From Curvularia clavata (Eukaryota), in contig CP089281.1 in assembly GCA_023920165.1 (NCBI GenBank), positions 1,550,001 to 1,614,000 on the forward strand: a DNA stretch of 64,000 nt. The letters run 5' to 3'. Positions 25,227 to 37,349 of this stretch are shown in pieces (within the stretch, counting starts at the first letter, position 1; every line of letters begins with the position of its first letter). The translations under genes and the position numbers were made by a program. The notes beneath the pieces are model-generated. The model did not search any database and was not told the DNA's origin. It worked only from the letters and a program-made list of their open reading frames with translations.

Positions 25227-26000
25227 ATGATGGACCCAAACGATGCCGCCGGCCTGCTGAGAGAGCAACAGAATCCTTCGTCACCCCACTTTCAGGCAGA
25301 TGCCATCATTCCAGGATGGCGCAAAAATGTCCATCTATACGGCCCCCTAATCATGAGTGCCTTTGTCATTCTATACGCTCCAGGCGTGGCACAACATCTT
25401 GGCCTTGAGATAGAAGAAATGGTGCTGCTCGTAGCCGCAACTGGGATACCCACATATCTCATCGGTTCTACTGTATATCCCAAGGATCTCCCTGCGCCTG
25501 CGCCTGACCAATCGGTCCGCTTTACGCGTAAGAACAAACTCTACCGCGCCGCCGTCATCGCGACATACGGGCGTATATTTGGCACTCCCTTCAACCTCTG
25601 GTTCTACATCATAGATGTGGCATTGAGCTTTGTCGTCGGCCAGTTGGTGGGCGAACGCCCCGAGCGACGATCCGAGTTTTTGGTTGCGCTGGTGTGGATT
25701 CTTGGTAACCATATTGTCATGATGGTCATACCCCCCAACACACCCGTTCTGGGATTCTTAATGACTGCGCTCGATCGCACGCTCTTCCGCACAGCCTATG
25801 TCGCCTTGGTAGACGATATCGTTGGTGTTCTAACGCGTCCGAACGTTGACACTTTCTGGGGAAAGCTTAACTTGGTCCTCATCCAGACATTTACCATAGT
25901 CTGTCTCGTGTACTGGGTAATCGGTTACCGAAAAGGGTGGCAGCAGGCCTTAAGGGCGAGAGTTGTTGCGGAGCATTCAGAATCAGAAACGCAGGCTTGA
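25227..26000 (+). CDS. Hypothetical multi-pass membrane protein (~257 aa)
   Basis: Single long ORF with about 5-6 hydrophobic segments; no family recognised. Confidence 0.7.
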   Translation: MMDPNDAAGLLREQQNPSSPHFQADAIIPGWRKNVHLYGPLIMSAFVILYAPGVAQHLGLEIEEMVLLVAATGIPTYLIGSTVYPKDLPAPAPDQSVRFTRKNKLYRAAVIATYGRIFGTPFNLWFYIIDVALSFVVGQLVGERPERRSEFLVALVWILGNHIVMMVIPPNTPVLGFLMTALDRTLFRTAYVALVDDIVGVLTRPNVDTFWGKLNLVLIQTFTIVCLVYWVIGYRKGWQQALRARVVAEHSESETQA

Positions 26001-26057
26001 GCTCAGGTTTCGTGGCTTTCCACAATTAGCCTATGCACTGCATTCAAAAGTTCCAAT

Positions 26058-26520
26058 CATTCCACTTTGTCCCTTGTACCTGTAATTGGCTTTTTTGGTT
26101 TCTCTGGATGCATGAGATGGCGCGACTCTAAATCTCCGTCATTTTTCGGAGGCCATGGAAGTGCTTCCAGTTTGCCGTTCTACTAGCTTCCACTATACAC
26201 ACCGTCTAGAACCTTTTCCCACCGCCTCTCTTTTTCATATGCCAAATAAGCCTCATCTTGGCTCCCACACCACGTCAGCTGCCGTCGGAGTCTTACCGCC
26301 GGCCTTAGGTTCGCCCCCGAAATCTGAGCATTAACGATTCCTACTGCACTCCTTGGGATGACTAGCACTCATCACAATCATGTGGGTGTTCTCATTCACA
26401 CCGGGCTTTTAGTATCCAATTTTCAATCTTCTTCTGAGCTAAATCGACGTCCTTTGCTTTTTTAGGCTCATTTACTCTCTCATAGCGCATCAAATACGCA
26501 TCCTTCTCATACATCCTCTG
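26058..26520 (-). pseudogene. Possible decayed coding relic of unknown family
   Basis: Protein-like reading ...QDEAYLAYEKERRWEKVLDGVYSGS**NGKLEALPWPPKNDGDLESRHLMHPEKPKKP... runs through two tandem TAG stops; further protein-like fragments lie upstream in other frames. Confidence 0.3.
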
Positions 26521-26752
26521 ACAGTGACAATGATTTTACCCCAATCAAGAGTAATCCTGGATGTGAGAATCAACAAGAAAGAGAATGATATGATGTACAA
26601 GGTTTTGTGTGAAGCAAAGATATAATCAAGGCTCACACAAGTAGGAAACTAAGCTTAGGTCGGAAAGTTCAGACTTCCTTTCGCACGCGGCACTTCCCTC
26701 ACAACACCACATTTCATCCAAGACTGCTATTTTCATTATAAAAACCCTATAA

Positions 26753-27705
26753 TCATGCATACTCCACCACATTCCTCAGCGTCCCAATCTCCGGCTTCAA
26801 ACTAACCTCCACGACATCCTCCGGCTTCAAAAACTGCGGGTTCTTCATCGCATACCCCACGCCCGCACACGTCCCCGTCATGAACACGGTCCCCTTCTTC
26901 AGCGTCGTCCCCTGACTACAATACGCCACCAGCGTCGGAATCTTAAAGCACAAATCATCGATGCCCGAATCCTGTCTCAACTCTCCATTCACCCTTGTTT
27001 GCAACTGCAAGATACTCGGATCCGGAATGACCTTTGTGCTGACGATTTGCGGGCCCAGCGGCGCGTAGGTGTCAAAACCCTTGGAAAAGTTCCACTGGGG
27101 CACAGTGCCTGCGAGAAGGGGATCGCGTTGCAGTTTGCGGCTCGAGACGTCGTTGCCGGACATGTAGCCGCCGATGTAGGAGTACGCATCGGCTTCGGAG
27201 ACATCTTTGGCGTCGCGTGAGATGATGAAGCAGAGTTCGCCTTCGTAGTCGGCTTGGTTGTCTTGAGCGATTTTTGGAATTACGATGGGTGCGTTGTGGT
27301 CGGTTAGACAGGTGTTGGCCTTGATGAAGGTGGAGGGGTAAGGGGGGAGGGTGCGCCCGCCTTCTTGGACTGCGGTTGTGTTAGGAGTTTGGAAGCGTGG
27401 ACAGGGTGTTGGAAGAAGGGAGACGCACTGTGCTTGATGAAGTTCAGTCCTATGCAGCGGATGATGGGGACTTCGTCTTGGGTCACGGGTCCGAGCAGCT
27501 TTTTCACCGTGACTTCCTCGTCTGTGACTTTTGTGGCTGGATCGAAGATGTCGTTGTTTTCGACATGGATGACTTTGGCTTTGAGGCCGGTTTCTTCGGT
27601 CGTTGTGCCTACGTCAAAGTCCGCTGAGGGTAGAATTGGTTGGCCCCGCAGCTCGCGGCCGTCTGTCGCGATGAAGCGGATTAGTCTGTCCCAGTTTGGT
27701 GGCAT
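26753..27705 (-). CDS. Fumarylacetoacetate hydrolase (FAH/FAHD) family protein
   Basis: WDRLIRFIATDG, IIRCIGLNF, intron 27370-27428, QADYEGELCF, NDVSSRKLQ, FSKGFDTYAPLGP, FMTGT..GVG, IGTLRN. Confidence 0.93.
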
Positions 27706-28137
27706 TGTGGTTGAATGTTGGATGTGATTTGTTGTGAAATCCAAATCTGAAGACTCAAAGGCTGCTATTTGTAGTTGTAGGACTTTGCAATAGACATCTG
27801 CGTTGGATATATGTTCTCCCGGGACGTCTTGAAGCGAAACTAGAAAGATGTGGGGGTGCACAATTGACAGGGGAAGCTTTCCTAGTGCGGGGCAACATTC
27901 GGTGGGCCAGCCGCGGACATGAATCTTGAAGTCCTGTCGGAGGTTGTTGTAAGGCCGCTGTTATTACAGGAGCTGCTTCGGGAGCGGAGTCAACTAAACC
28001 TACTGTAGCTGACTCGGCACTCGGAGACATCATCCAGTTTCTTTTAGACACTATCAAGAAGATTCCGATTTCATCTATAGATCCTCAAAACCCATTTTAC
28101 AAGCTCCATCCAAGTTATCTGCCTACCTATCCAACCC

Positions 28138-29129
28138 CTAAATCTTCGCCCTCGCCTTGCTCTTCTCCTCCAACTCCTTAATCTTCATCTCAAACCTCTT
28201 AATCGGCGCGCCCTCTACAAACCTCTCTGCGAGCGCATCAATCGCGTTCACCACCGCCATCATCCTCGCATCTCTAATCGGCGCATTCTGCAACCTCTTC
28301 ATCTCAATCATGCTCTTGCCATCATTAACTTTCAGCTGCTCCTCCAGAAAGTCCACAACTTTTTTCTGGAACTCGTCGCCCGTCGCGTCCCAGACATAGT
28401 TGTACATGCCGGCGTCAAGCAGTTCTTGCGCGGTAAGTTTGCGACCGAACATTAAGAAGTCGTTGGCGCGGTGGATTCCCATGGATTGCGCGAAGGAGAG
28501 AGCAGAGCCGTTCTCAGGTACGAGTCCAAGAGCGGAAAAGGGACATTGCAGCCACGCGCTCGAGGAGGCGAGCACGATGTCCGCGATGCCGGGGAACCAG
28601 GCTGCGCCACCGCCTACGGCGGGGCCGTTGAGGGCGAGGATGAGGACTTTTTTGTGATCGATCATTGAGCGGAGGAGTTCATTGGCTAGAAGCACTCGTT
28701 AGACCGCTTCTCAACTCGATGACGTTGCTGCAGATACGTCAAAAAAGTTCAACTCGAACATACCGTATGAGAATCTGCCCAAATGCGCAATCTTCTTCTC
28801 CGCATCATTGGCGTACACCTCCGCGCTTGAACTCCTAACAGCTTTTACATCTGCGCCGGCAGAGAAAAAGCGGCCCTCGCCTGTCAGAACGGTGAAGATG
28901 GTGTCCGGGTGCTCATTCAGCACGCGCAGCGCAGCAACAACTTCTGGGATGAGATTTCCACCAAACGAGTTGAGTGCTTTGGGACGGTTGAACTACAGTC
29001 ACATTAGATGCTTCAAGCACAGAAACCCGCATTTGCACGAGAGAAAGGGTATATGATGCGTACCGTGATAATCCCAATCTGCCCCTTGATTTCAAACTTG
29101 ATATCCGCGTACTTTGCCGACGAAGCCAT
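28138..29129 (-). CDS. ECI1: Peroxisomal delta3,delta2-enoyl-CoA isomerase (crotonase superfamily), PTS1-like C-terminus AKI
   Basis: 3 exons; FNRPKALNSF, VLTGEGRFFSAGADV, ALNGPAVGGG, PFSALGLVPENGS; ends KARAKI*. Confidence 0.88.
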
Positions 29130-29302
29130 GATGTATGCTCAAAATGATTTCTTTTCTGTTTATGTCGAGAAGGTGGGTCCTCGAAATATGTGATCCGTGG
29201 CCTTGTTCCAAGATGGAGTTTACTCTTAAGCAATGACTCGATAATATTATTACGCTGATATCTTGAATAGTAATCCTGACCCCGCAAAAACGCGTCTTTC
29301 GA

Positions 29303-29500
29303 CCTCGGGTTCGGCTAACACGTGGATGGGGAGGGATAGGGGTGCAAAGGTGCTTCAAGCGAGAACTAGCTACAGAGGATTCGCTCGGGAGTTTTTGAGG
29401 ACGCGTCGTGTGTGGGATGAAAATCCTGGGGCTGTTCAAAAGCTGGGGTTAGAGTTGCGAGGGTAGGTCTACCCTGTTGCGCGACTGAGTTGTACCTCGG
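29303..29500. promoter_or_regulatory. Two CCTCGG motifs (FarA/FarB fatty-acid response element consensus) upstream of ECI1
   Basis: CCTCGG at 29303-29308 and 29495-29500, about 175 and 370 bp upstream of the ATG of a peroxisomal beta-oxidation gene. Confidence 0.55.
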
Positions 29501-29661
29501 CATCTCGAGAAGGCACGCTATCACACACTCGGATTGCTCACATAGGCGGCAGCTTGAGATGCATTGAATACAACCTAGTGATAAATTTATATAATCTATG
29601 AAAGTATTGATATGCTAGAAGATGAGTTAAGATATCTATTCGTACACGTCCTCATCGTCTA

Positions 29662-31769
29662 TCATCCCTCGAAGACGCCGTGGTTCAGTTCGACGCCAAA
29701 GTCCTTCGCCATAACTCGCATGTGCTCCTCAATGTCGTCTTCCATGCCTCTGCCAAGACCGAGTAATTGCCTGATCCTACTCCAGAAGAAGACTGCATCG
29801 CTGAGCGCCAGCACGCAACGGAAACGCAGATGGTTGATCCAGTTCTTCCAGCGCTCGCTCACGCTCAGATCCCTGCTCTCGATGAGCGCTCTGCTAGCCC
29901 ACAAGCCAGTGATCTTGATGCGATTAACCGGAGAGCCTAGGAATTGGTTGTTTCCTTGGACAATACGTAGGTTGCGCCCGATGAAGAGTAGCTCACGAGG
30001 GAACTTGTCTTGGTCACCGAGAATGAGCTTGATGGCATCGCGGCCTTTGGCTTGCATCTCGAAAGCACGCTCAGCTTGGTCCTTACCCTTGCGTTCGGCT
30101 CTAAGGACTTCGGCTACGCTTTTGTCGCCGCCTTCGTACGGGCGCATAAGCGTTGCAGAGGCGAAGATGTCAGCATGCTTCACGCCCCAGCTGCTAACAA
30201 TCTCCTCAATTTTGTCATTGTCGAATGCAAGCAGTGATTTCCAGAATAGTGCGTATTGAAGACGGAACTTGGGATCCATGCGGATGTACAGGCCGTGATC
30301 AATGAGGACTACTTCAGGCTGACCGTTGGGTAGGCGGCGAACGAAGATGTTTCCAGGGTGAGGATCGCAGTGCACAGTGCCCCACAGGAACATTTGGGCT
30401 GAGAATAGATCGACAAGAGTGTTCATGGTGGTCTTGAGAGAGACACCTAGACCACCCTTGCCGTCCTTGCCTCGCCAGTAGCTGCGATCAGGCTTGAAGA
30501 AATCATGCTTTGTGGCATCTTCTGGAGCATGAGTGTCAACCGCAGCATCCTGTGGGATAGGGGGCAGTTGTTCGCCGCCTGCGCCTGGGCTGCCACGACG
30601 CCATCCACCTTTCCAACTGTTTGTGATTCCTTCTTTGTCCCACAATCGAACACCCTCTATCCACTCGGCTGTCATGACTCGCTTGCTTGAAAGCTCGCGG
30701 TAGACGGCCGGTATGTAGACTCTTCCGTTGAGCCTTGGCTCCTCAGCTACCAGTCTCTTCATCTCCACCGCGTTGTCTGCTTCGTTTTCAAAATCCGTTT
30801 CGAGCATCAGGCGCTCCGAGATGTATGGTACAAGGGTGTAGACGGGGATACCAAACCACCACGTGTACACCTTGGAGACCACTTTGAAAGCCCAGAGATC
30901 CCATCCGACCTGTTGCGCAATCTCTCGCTTCTGGATCTTGATTGCCACCTCCCTTCCATCTGCCAGTCTCGCCCAGTGTACCTGTGCAACGCTTGCACTG
31001 GCTCTGGCAGTCTTTTCCATGATACCTCGGCCTTCCTGCTTGGTGAACGCAACCCCGAACACGTCCTCAACGCTCTTGCCAAAGTCTTCACGTATGACCT
31101 GCTCTACTTCCCACCACTCATTCTGTGGCGCATCATCGAACATTTGCTGAAACATTTTCTGAAACTGTGGTGGCAGAATTGCACTCTGCATGGCAATGGC
31201 CTGGCCAATCTTGAGGTAGAGTCCGCCATTGTGTCGCAAAAGATCAAAGATCCTCGTTGCGTTCCTTGCATGAAGATCCTCTATGCTGTTTGCAAGTGGC
31301 GGATGGGCACGGAAATTGATCTTGTAGTCGATACCGATCAAGAGACCGACTTTGAATGTGCGCAGACTGCGGGTGATGGATGAAGCGTTGAATTGCCGGT
31401 CAATCACCCACCCAGCGCCGAGCAGTGCGGATACAGTGGCAAAACGGCGCACCCATTTTCGGCGGGTAAAAGGAGGTTTGACCTTGCGCTGCCTGGGCTT
31501 TGGCAGATCAGCGGGATTGGGAGGTCGCAGTGGCTCCCATGCTTGTGTCTGAAGCCGGCGCGCAAGTGGCACCTGGTACAATCTTGCGGGGGAGAGGCCT
31601 GACGTCAATGACCGCAGTGTTGCATGATGCGCATGTGCTCTCTGAAGAGCAGACAAGCCATGTATCATGGCTGTCAAGGGTAAAGCAAAGAAGAGGCGGG
31701 AGAGTGAGATTTGACATGTTGAGCATGTTGCAAGGGAAGTTTACCTTTTGCGCATAGTGATGACGGCAT
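29662..31769 (-). CDS. ABC1/UbiB atypical kinase (ADCK1/Mcp2-like), probably mitochondrial
   Basis: NGGLYLKIGQ, ASASVAQVH, VAIKIQ, ETDFENEA, MTAEWIEG, VHCDPHPGN, LIDHGLY. Probable mini exon MPSSLCAK (31769-31745); alternative start at 31668. Confidence 0.9.
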
Positions 31770-32026
31770 TTTCGTTTGCCGTTAAGTCCGTGCGCCCTGA
31801 GGCAGCAAAGTTAAGACTTCCGAATTAGCCCGCAAAAGAAGCCGCCTTGGGATTGAACAAGCAGGATAGTAAAAGAGATCCGGTTGCTGTTCGTGCTACG
31901 AATGTGAGGCTACTTTTTTTTGGTCCGCATGACTAATCCCTCTAAAGGTTTTGTTTATGTTGGACATGGCCAAATCAATAGTTCAATGAAAGGAGTATGT
32001 TACAAAGGGTATGAAAACAAATCCTC

Positions 32027-32659
32027 TCAAGGATTGTGCTCTTGTGAAGCATGGAATTTTTCCACAGCCTTCAAATCAACATGCCACCTCGCAGCTAGCG
32101 TCTGGACTTTGTCTGTCCACCTTCTAATGACGGGGTGCTGAGCAGCGACCTCTCTGAACGTAGGGTCATCATCCTTCGCCACGACGCCCCATTTCCAAAT
32201 GCCTTCCTCGTCTACCCATTGCTTTCCTAGCAGCTCCTCGATGGCCAACTCCTTGTGCGCCATGTCGTAAATCTCTTTGGCCTCGCTGTGCATTTCCTCA
32301 TCGCGGTCCTTGGATGCGGCAACGAATCCGTGTAGGACACCTAGGATGTAACCCACGTTTAGTCCGAGATTTGCCCCGAGAGCATAGCCTTCGTCGAATC
32401 CTTCCTGCACATACTGGCCCTTGCTGTCTGCGAGGCCTTCGCGATAAGCATCTGTGTCGAGGGCGCGCTGGCGAGAGGGCAGGTCAGAAAGGATTTCATG
32501 ACGTCTTATCTGCGGGGCGATTGCAGACAGGACTGGTGACGATGGCGCGGAGCCGTAGACGTCGTCGAGTGCGTTCTCATGAGGCGGGGTTGGAGGCGCC
32601 TGCCCCGCGGCAAGTTGGGTTGGGTCCAGGGTGGGAGATACGTCGCCGAGAGCATTCAT
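32027..32659 (-). CDS. YAE1: Yae1 family protein (Fe-S cluster targeting adaptor for Rli1)
   Basis: GX3-repeat region DAYREGLADSKGQYVQEGFDEGYALGANLGLNVGYILG; start context ccaccATG. Confidence 0.85.
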   Translation of the reverse strand: MNALGDVSPTLDPTQLAAGQAPPTPPHENALDDVYGSAPSSPVLSAIAPQIRRHEILSDLPSRQRALDTDAYREGLADSKGQYVQEGFDEGYALGANLGLNVGYILGVLHGFVAASKDRDEEMHSEAKEIYDMAHKELAIEELLGKQWVDEEGIWKWGVVAKDDDPTFREVAAQHPVIRRWTDKVQTLAARWHVDLKAVEKFHASQEHNP

Positions 32660-33050
32660 GGTGGATGCGCTTCTGTCTCCAAAAGGACCGCACGAAATGT
32701 AAATCGAGTCATGGTGCGATGTGTACGAGGTGGGGACGAGAAAGGGTCTCTTGGTGGAGACTAGCGCCAGGGTGCGGAGTTCACGGAGGCTTGAACCTCA
32801 TCGAGCAATGCATGAATTAGCTTGCGTCTTCATGTGTATACTGTCGATACCATCCGTGCAGGAGGCCTGAAGTTGTTGTTTTTGCAGTTAGAAAGTAAAA
32901 CGACCTGTGGCACGGTTCGAATCGGACGAACCCCGGAATTCAACTGGACTAATTACGCACCCGTGATTTACGCAAAGTTTCTATACATTGAGTTTGGCAG
33001 CCTGTAATTGCAGAGACCGCAGTTACAATTCTCTCTGCTTACTCGTCATC

Positions 33051-34055
33051 ATGGTTGCAATCTCAGCAGTCCGCTCTCATAATGCTTCTCTCAAGTCCCA
33101 CCTCCCGAATCCGGTCGCCGTCTTTGTTGGAGGCACGAGTGGGATTGGCCTCTTTACAGCGCGCGAGCTGGTGCGCAACACAGCCTCCCCCCACGTCTAC
33201 CTTGTCGGCCGCAATGCTACCGAAGCGAACAAGATCATCCAAGAGCTACAAACCATCAACTCGGCGTCGCAAGTGAGCTTTATCCAAAAAGATGTGTCGT
33301 TGTTGAAAAATGTAGACGAGGCGTGCAAGGAGATCAAGAGCAAGGAAAAGGAGGTCAACATATTGTTCATGACGTGTGGATACCTCACACTCAAAGGCCG
33401 AGACGAAACAGCTGAAGGGCTGGATCGAAAGTTTGCGTTGCATTACTATGCCCGGATGCGATTCATCCAGCAACTTACACCATTGCTCGACGCAGGAGCG
33501 AATAGCCTTTCGCGCGTGGTGGCAGTCTTTGATCCCCAGCCTGGCATGAGACTGGGAGGACTGGACTACTCGGACCTTTCTCTCAAACAAAATTATACCC
33601 TCAAAAACGTCATGGTGCACGCATGTGCCATGAAGAATCTGGCCATATCACATCTGGCTAAAGAGCACCCAAAGACGACGTACATCCACGCATACCCGTC
33701 AGGGGTCGACACAGGAGTTACGCGCGAGATATTTGGGCGATTTGAAGGAGTAGCCAAGTCTTTGATCAAACTCATGAGTTGGTGGATCATGGTTCCGCAG
33801 GCTGAGAGTGGTGAAAGGCATCTGTATGCTGCCACAGCACCGGTCTATGCGCCAAGCGAGATGGCCGAGTCAACATCTGTTGTGGGAAGTGATGGTAACA
33901 AGGGCAGTGGAAGCTATTTGTTGAACTGGAACGGCGACGTACTAGCAGACACGAAGCAAGCCAAGAAGCTTAGGGAAGAAGGTGGGGTGGACAAGGTTTG
34001 GGCGCATACCGAGGAGGTCATGAAGGCAATAGAAGAGCGAGGGCGATACGATTAG
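33051..34055 (+). CDS. Short-chain dehydrogenase/reductase (atypical fungal SDR)
   Basis: VAVFVGGTSGIG, YLVGRN, DVSLLKNVD, ETAEGLD..LHYYARMRF, HAYPSGVDT, ESGERHLY. Confidence 0.9.
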   Translation: MVAISAVRSHNASLKSHLPNPVAVFVGGTSGIGLFTARELVRNTASPHVYLVGRNATEANKIIQELQTINSASQVSFIQKDVSLLKNVDEACKEIKSKEKEVNILFMTCGYLTLKGRDETAEGLDRKFALHYYARMRFIQQLTPLLDAGANSLSRVVAVFDPQPGMRLGGLDYSDLSLKQNYTLKNVMVHACAMKNLAISHLAKEHPKTTYIHAYPSGVDTGVTREIFGRFEGVAKSLIKLMSWWIMVPQAESGERHLYAATAPVYAPSEMAESTSVVGSDGNKGSGSYLLNWNGDVLADTKQAKKLREEGGVDKVWAHTEEVMKAIEERGRYD

Positions 34056-35419
34056 GGCGCATCCAGGTACACGCGCGGGCATAGTTTATTTTTGGCGTGA
34101 TTTATAAACGCGTTCAGCACATGATGATTTTGGCTGTCGAGGGCTATGATGACGGCGTGATGCAAATATAGCAGGATAGGCGGCTGTTTCGTGTGTATGC
34201 AAGTGCATGGTGTCAAGATCAAGGGCACAGACAAGGGCGATCACCAAAGCCAATCGCGCCGCGGAGTCGGGCTGGAGATCTGACATGGGGCCATGGTAGC
34301 CACACCGTGTGCCACCGACGACAAAAAGTTCAGCATGTTGAACCGTGTGATGCGGGGAGCATATCGATAGGCGGCGCATGGCTCGGCGAGAGTCGAAGAC
34401 GGCGATGGGCACGTGATGCGGCGCAAATGTGGCTGGTGTTGTGTGGGGTTCGAGTGGGGCTCTTGCGCATGCCACCTCATGCATGTGTCCAACGACATGA
34501 GAAAAACAAACATACTGCAACGCGTGTGCACGACGGCTTGTTTCCACAGCGCTCTTACAGTCGGCATACACTCAGTAAAGTGCTTGCATGGACACAGGAC
34601 CTCGTAGCTGCCAGGAACACCTGGCTTTTGCAGTGTGTATCGTGGGCAGATCGGCATGCTAGCGGGAACCCCTATTCATTCATCGTGCGCAGGCGATCCA
34701 CCACGGCCAGTCTAGCCAGTTGCATGCTCCGACCATGACGATAGTGGCCTCTTGCACGAAAACACTGCGCCCGAAATCAACTGGCTGCCGAGGGTGCATT
34801 GCAATCATACAGTGCCCAATCAATGCCGTCAGCAGCCTGCGGTTTCGCATTGAGACGGCGAGTGCGTGCCATCCTGGCCAGACGTTGCCTCTGCCATTTC
34901 CCGCTGCTGAAGCTGCCGACGCTGCCAGCCAATCACACGCCGCCAGCCCATGCCCGTCTCTCCTGGCACACGTCTCGTCCAAGTTTGTTGCGCTTTTGCT
35001 TTTGCCGTCACCGTTCCGTTTCTTCGTCTCGCAAAGCCACGTCAAGCGCGTCAATCCTCGTTGCTCTGCAGAATCCGGGGTGTCACTGCGTCCCATCGGC
35101 CCTGCAGTAGTCTCGGACGTTAACGTTAGGGTTGGGACAGAAGACCCTCTAGCCCGCACCCTTGTCCTTTGGTCCGCGCGCGCCCTGGCATTGTACGCGT
35201 TGGACCAAGTGCTAAACTTGCGACACAGGCGGCTGCTCCCTCCTCCAATTTCATTTTCTTGAACGCCGTCAGGTCGTCCCAATCTCTTGACCCTGGTTGG
35301 CATACCGAAGCCTAGTACCTCTGCCGACTGCGCTGCTGCTCTCCTTCTCCGCTACTAAGATTACCCACACGCGCGCAGAGTGAGACACTGATATTAAGAC
35401 CCTCCCCCTCCCGCCCACC

Positions 35420-37349
35420 ATGGCCACTCCCGCAGATAGCCCATCTCCTAATCCTCCTCTTCCCTCGGCCCTGCCCGACGACTCGCCCGACGTTGCTGCT
35501 GCTCGCCCTTCGCTTGCACAGTCGCAGTCTTCTGTTGAAAACCAAGCCGGACCTCGCAGGACCAGCTTCAACTTCCTGCGCCGAGCCAGCGGCAAGAGCT
35601 CTTCAGAAGCCCGCGGTAGCAGTACCAATCGAAGCACTTCCGGATCCAAGATGAGCAGGAAGCAAAAAGCCCTCGCCCAGGAGGAGGCTCTGCGCAGGCA
35701 GCGCGAGGCCAGCATGCTCCCCAACCAGCCACCCCGCCTGCCTTCGCACTCGGCTCTGCCACAGATTGCTACCTTTGGTGGTGAAGACAACCGTCCAGAC
35801 TCGGTTGCCATTGTCTCCAACAAGGCCGGCACCTACAACCCCAATGCCTTCAACTTCAGCCGTCCCTCGATGGATGCTTCCAGGATGGCTCGCCAATCCC
35901 CACCCATGGCTCAGGACGCTGTACCTCCACTGCCCACTGACAACGATCCTTACCCCAGGACTGAGAGCATGACCAACCGTGGCCGCTACAGCTACGCTAG
36001 CAGTCAGATTACTGCTGTGAACAGCCCTCGCCGCGTGCGCAGGAGGAAGGACCCTACGCCATTCAAGTAAGTGGCTCAAAACTTACTCTCCCTACGCTAG
36101 CTGACCACTTCTTAGCATTCTCGTCATTGGCACCAAGGGTTCGGGCAAGTCTGCTTTTATCGAATTCCTAAGCACTGCCCTCGCGCTTCCCGCTCGTAAG
36201 CGACCGCGTACTCCATCTCCCCCTGCCACCGCCGTGGGTGATGATACTTCGCCTTTTACGTCCCAGTTCCTCGAGACCGAAGTCGATGGCGAGAGGGTTG
36301 GCGTCACTCTCTGGGATTCCGAGGGTCTCGAGAAGAACATTGTAGACTTTCAGCTGCCCCTTATCACGTCCTTCCTCGAGTCCAAGTTTGAGGATACATT
36401 CAGTGAGGAACAGAAAGTCGTCCGTGCTCCGGGCGTCAAGGACACGCACATCCACTGCGTTTTCCTTTTGTTGGACCCTGTCCGCTTGGACCAGAACATT
36501 GCCGATGCGCGCAAAAAGGCAAACGTTGTAAACGCCGGTAGTGCCGTCTTTGGAGGCTTGGATGAGAATCTCGATCTGAACGTGCTCCGCGAGCTTCAGA
36601 CAAGGACTACCGTCATTCCAGTCATCAGCAAGGCAGACACCATCACTGGTGCCCACATGCGTTATCTCAAGAAGACGGTGTGGGACACCATCAAGCGCGC
36701 CAAGTTGGATCCACTCGAGGCCTTGAACCTCGACATGGGCGATGACGAAGACGACGACGAAGACGACGATGACCGAATCGACGAACGTGACGAGGACGAA
36801 TACGAACAGTCGCAGGATGGTGAGGGCAAATCAGAGATGCTTAACAAGATCCTTGAACGATCGTCCTCTGAGGCTGCACGCTCAATTGTTTCTTCTGGTT
36901 CATCCGCCAAATCCCAGTCGCCTCCGACGTCGCCACCAAGTGCTAGGAAGAACCACAGCCGCAAGCCTTCTGCTCTTGCCACATCCATCCACAGCGAAGA
37001 TGCAGAGTCTCCCTTCCTGCCTCTCAGCATCATCTCGCCCGACCCCTACGACCCCGAGGTGGTTGGACGCAAATTCCCCTGGGGATTTGCTGACCCTTAC
37101 AACCCAGAGCATTGCGACTTTGTCAAGCTTCGCGAGAGCGTCTTCAGCGACTGGCGTTCTGAGCTTCGCGAGGCTAGTCGTGAGCAGTGGTATGAGAGCT
37201 GGCGAACGACACGTCTTGAAAAGGGCACCAGGCGACGTGTCGTCACTGCAGACGGACCTGCGTCGAGGCAGCTTTCAGTCCCAGCCACCAACGGTCGTGC
37301 AATGAGCGCTGAAGGCCAGTATCGCCCATACCGCCCCACTGCGTTTTAA
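35420..37349 (+). CDS. aspE: Group 5 (AspE-type) septin
   Basis: RRRKDPTPFN|ILVIGTKGSGKS P-loop across intron 36067-36115; LWDSEGL, DTHIHCVF, IPVISKAD, GRKFPWG, HCDF; long disordered N-terminus and no coiled-coil tail. Confidence 0.88.

Noticed and set aside
26753..34055. FAH-ECI1-ABC1-YAE1-SDR run as a possible catabolic gene cluster
   Set aside because: The functions and compartments are unrelated and no regulator or transporter is present; co-orientation alone is not evidence.
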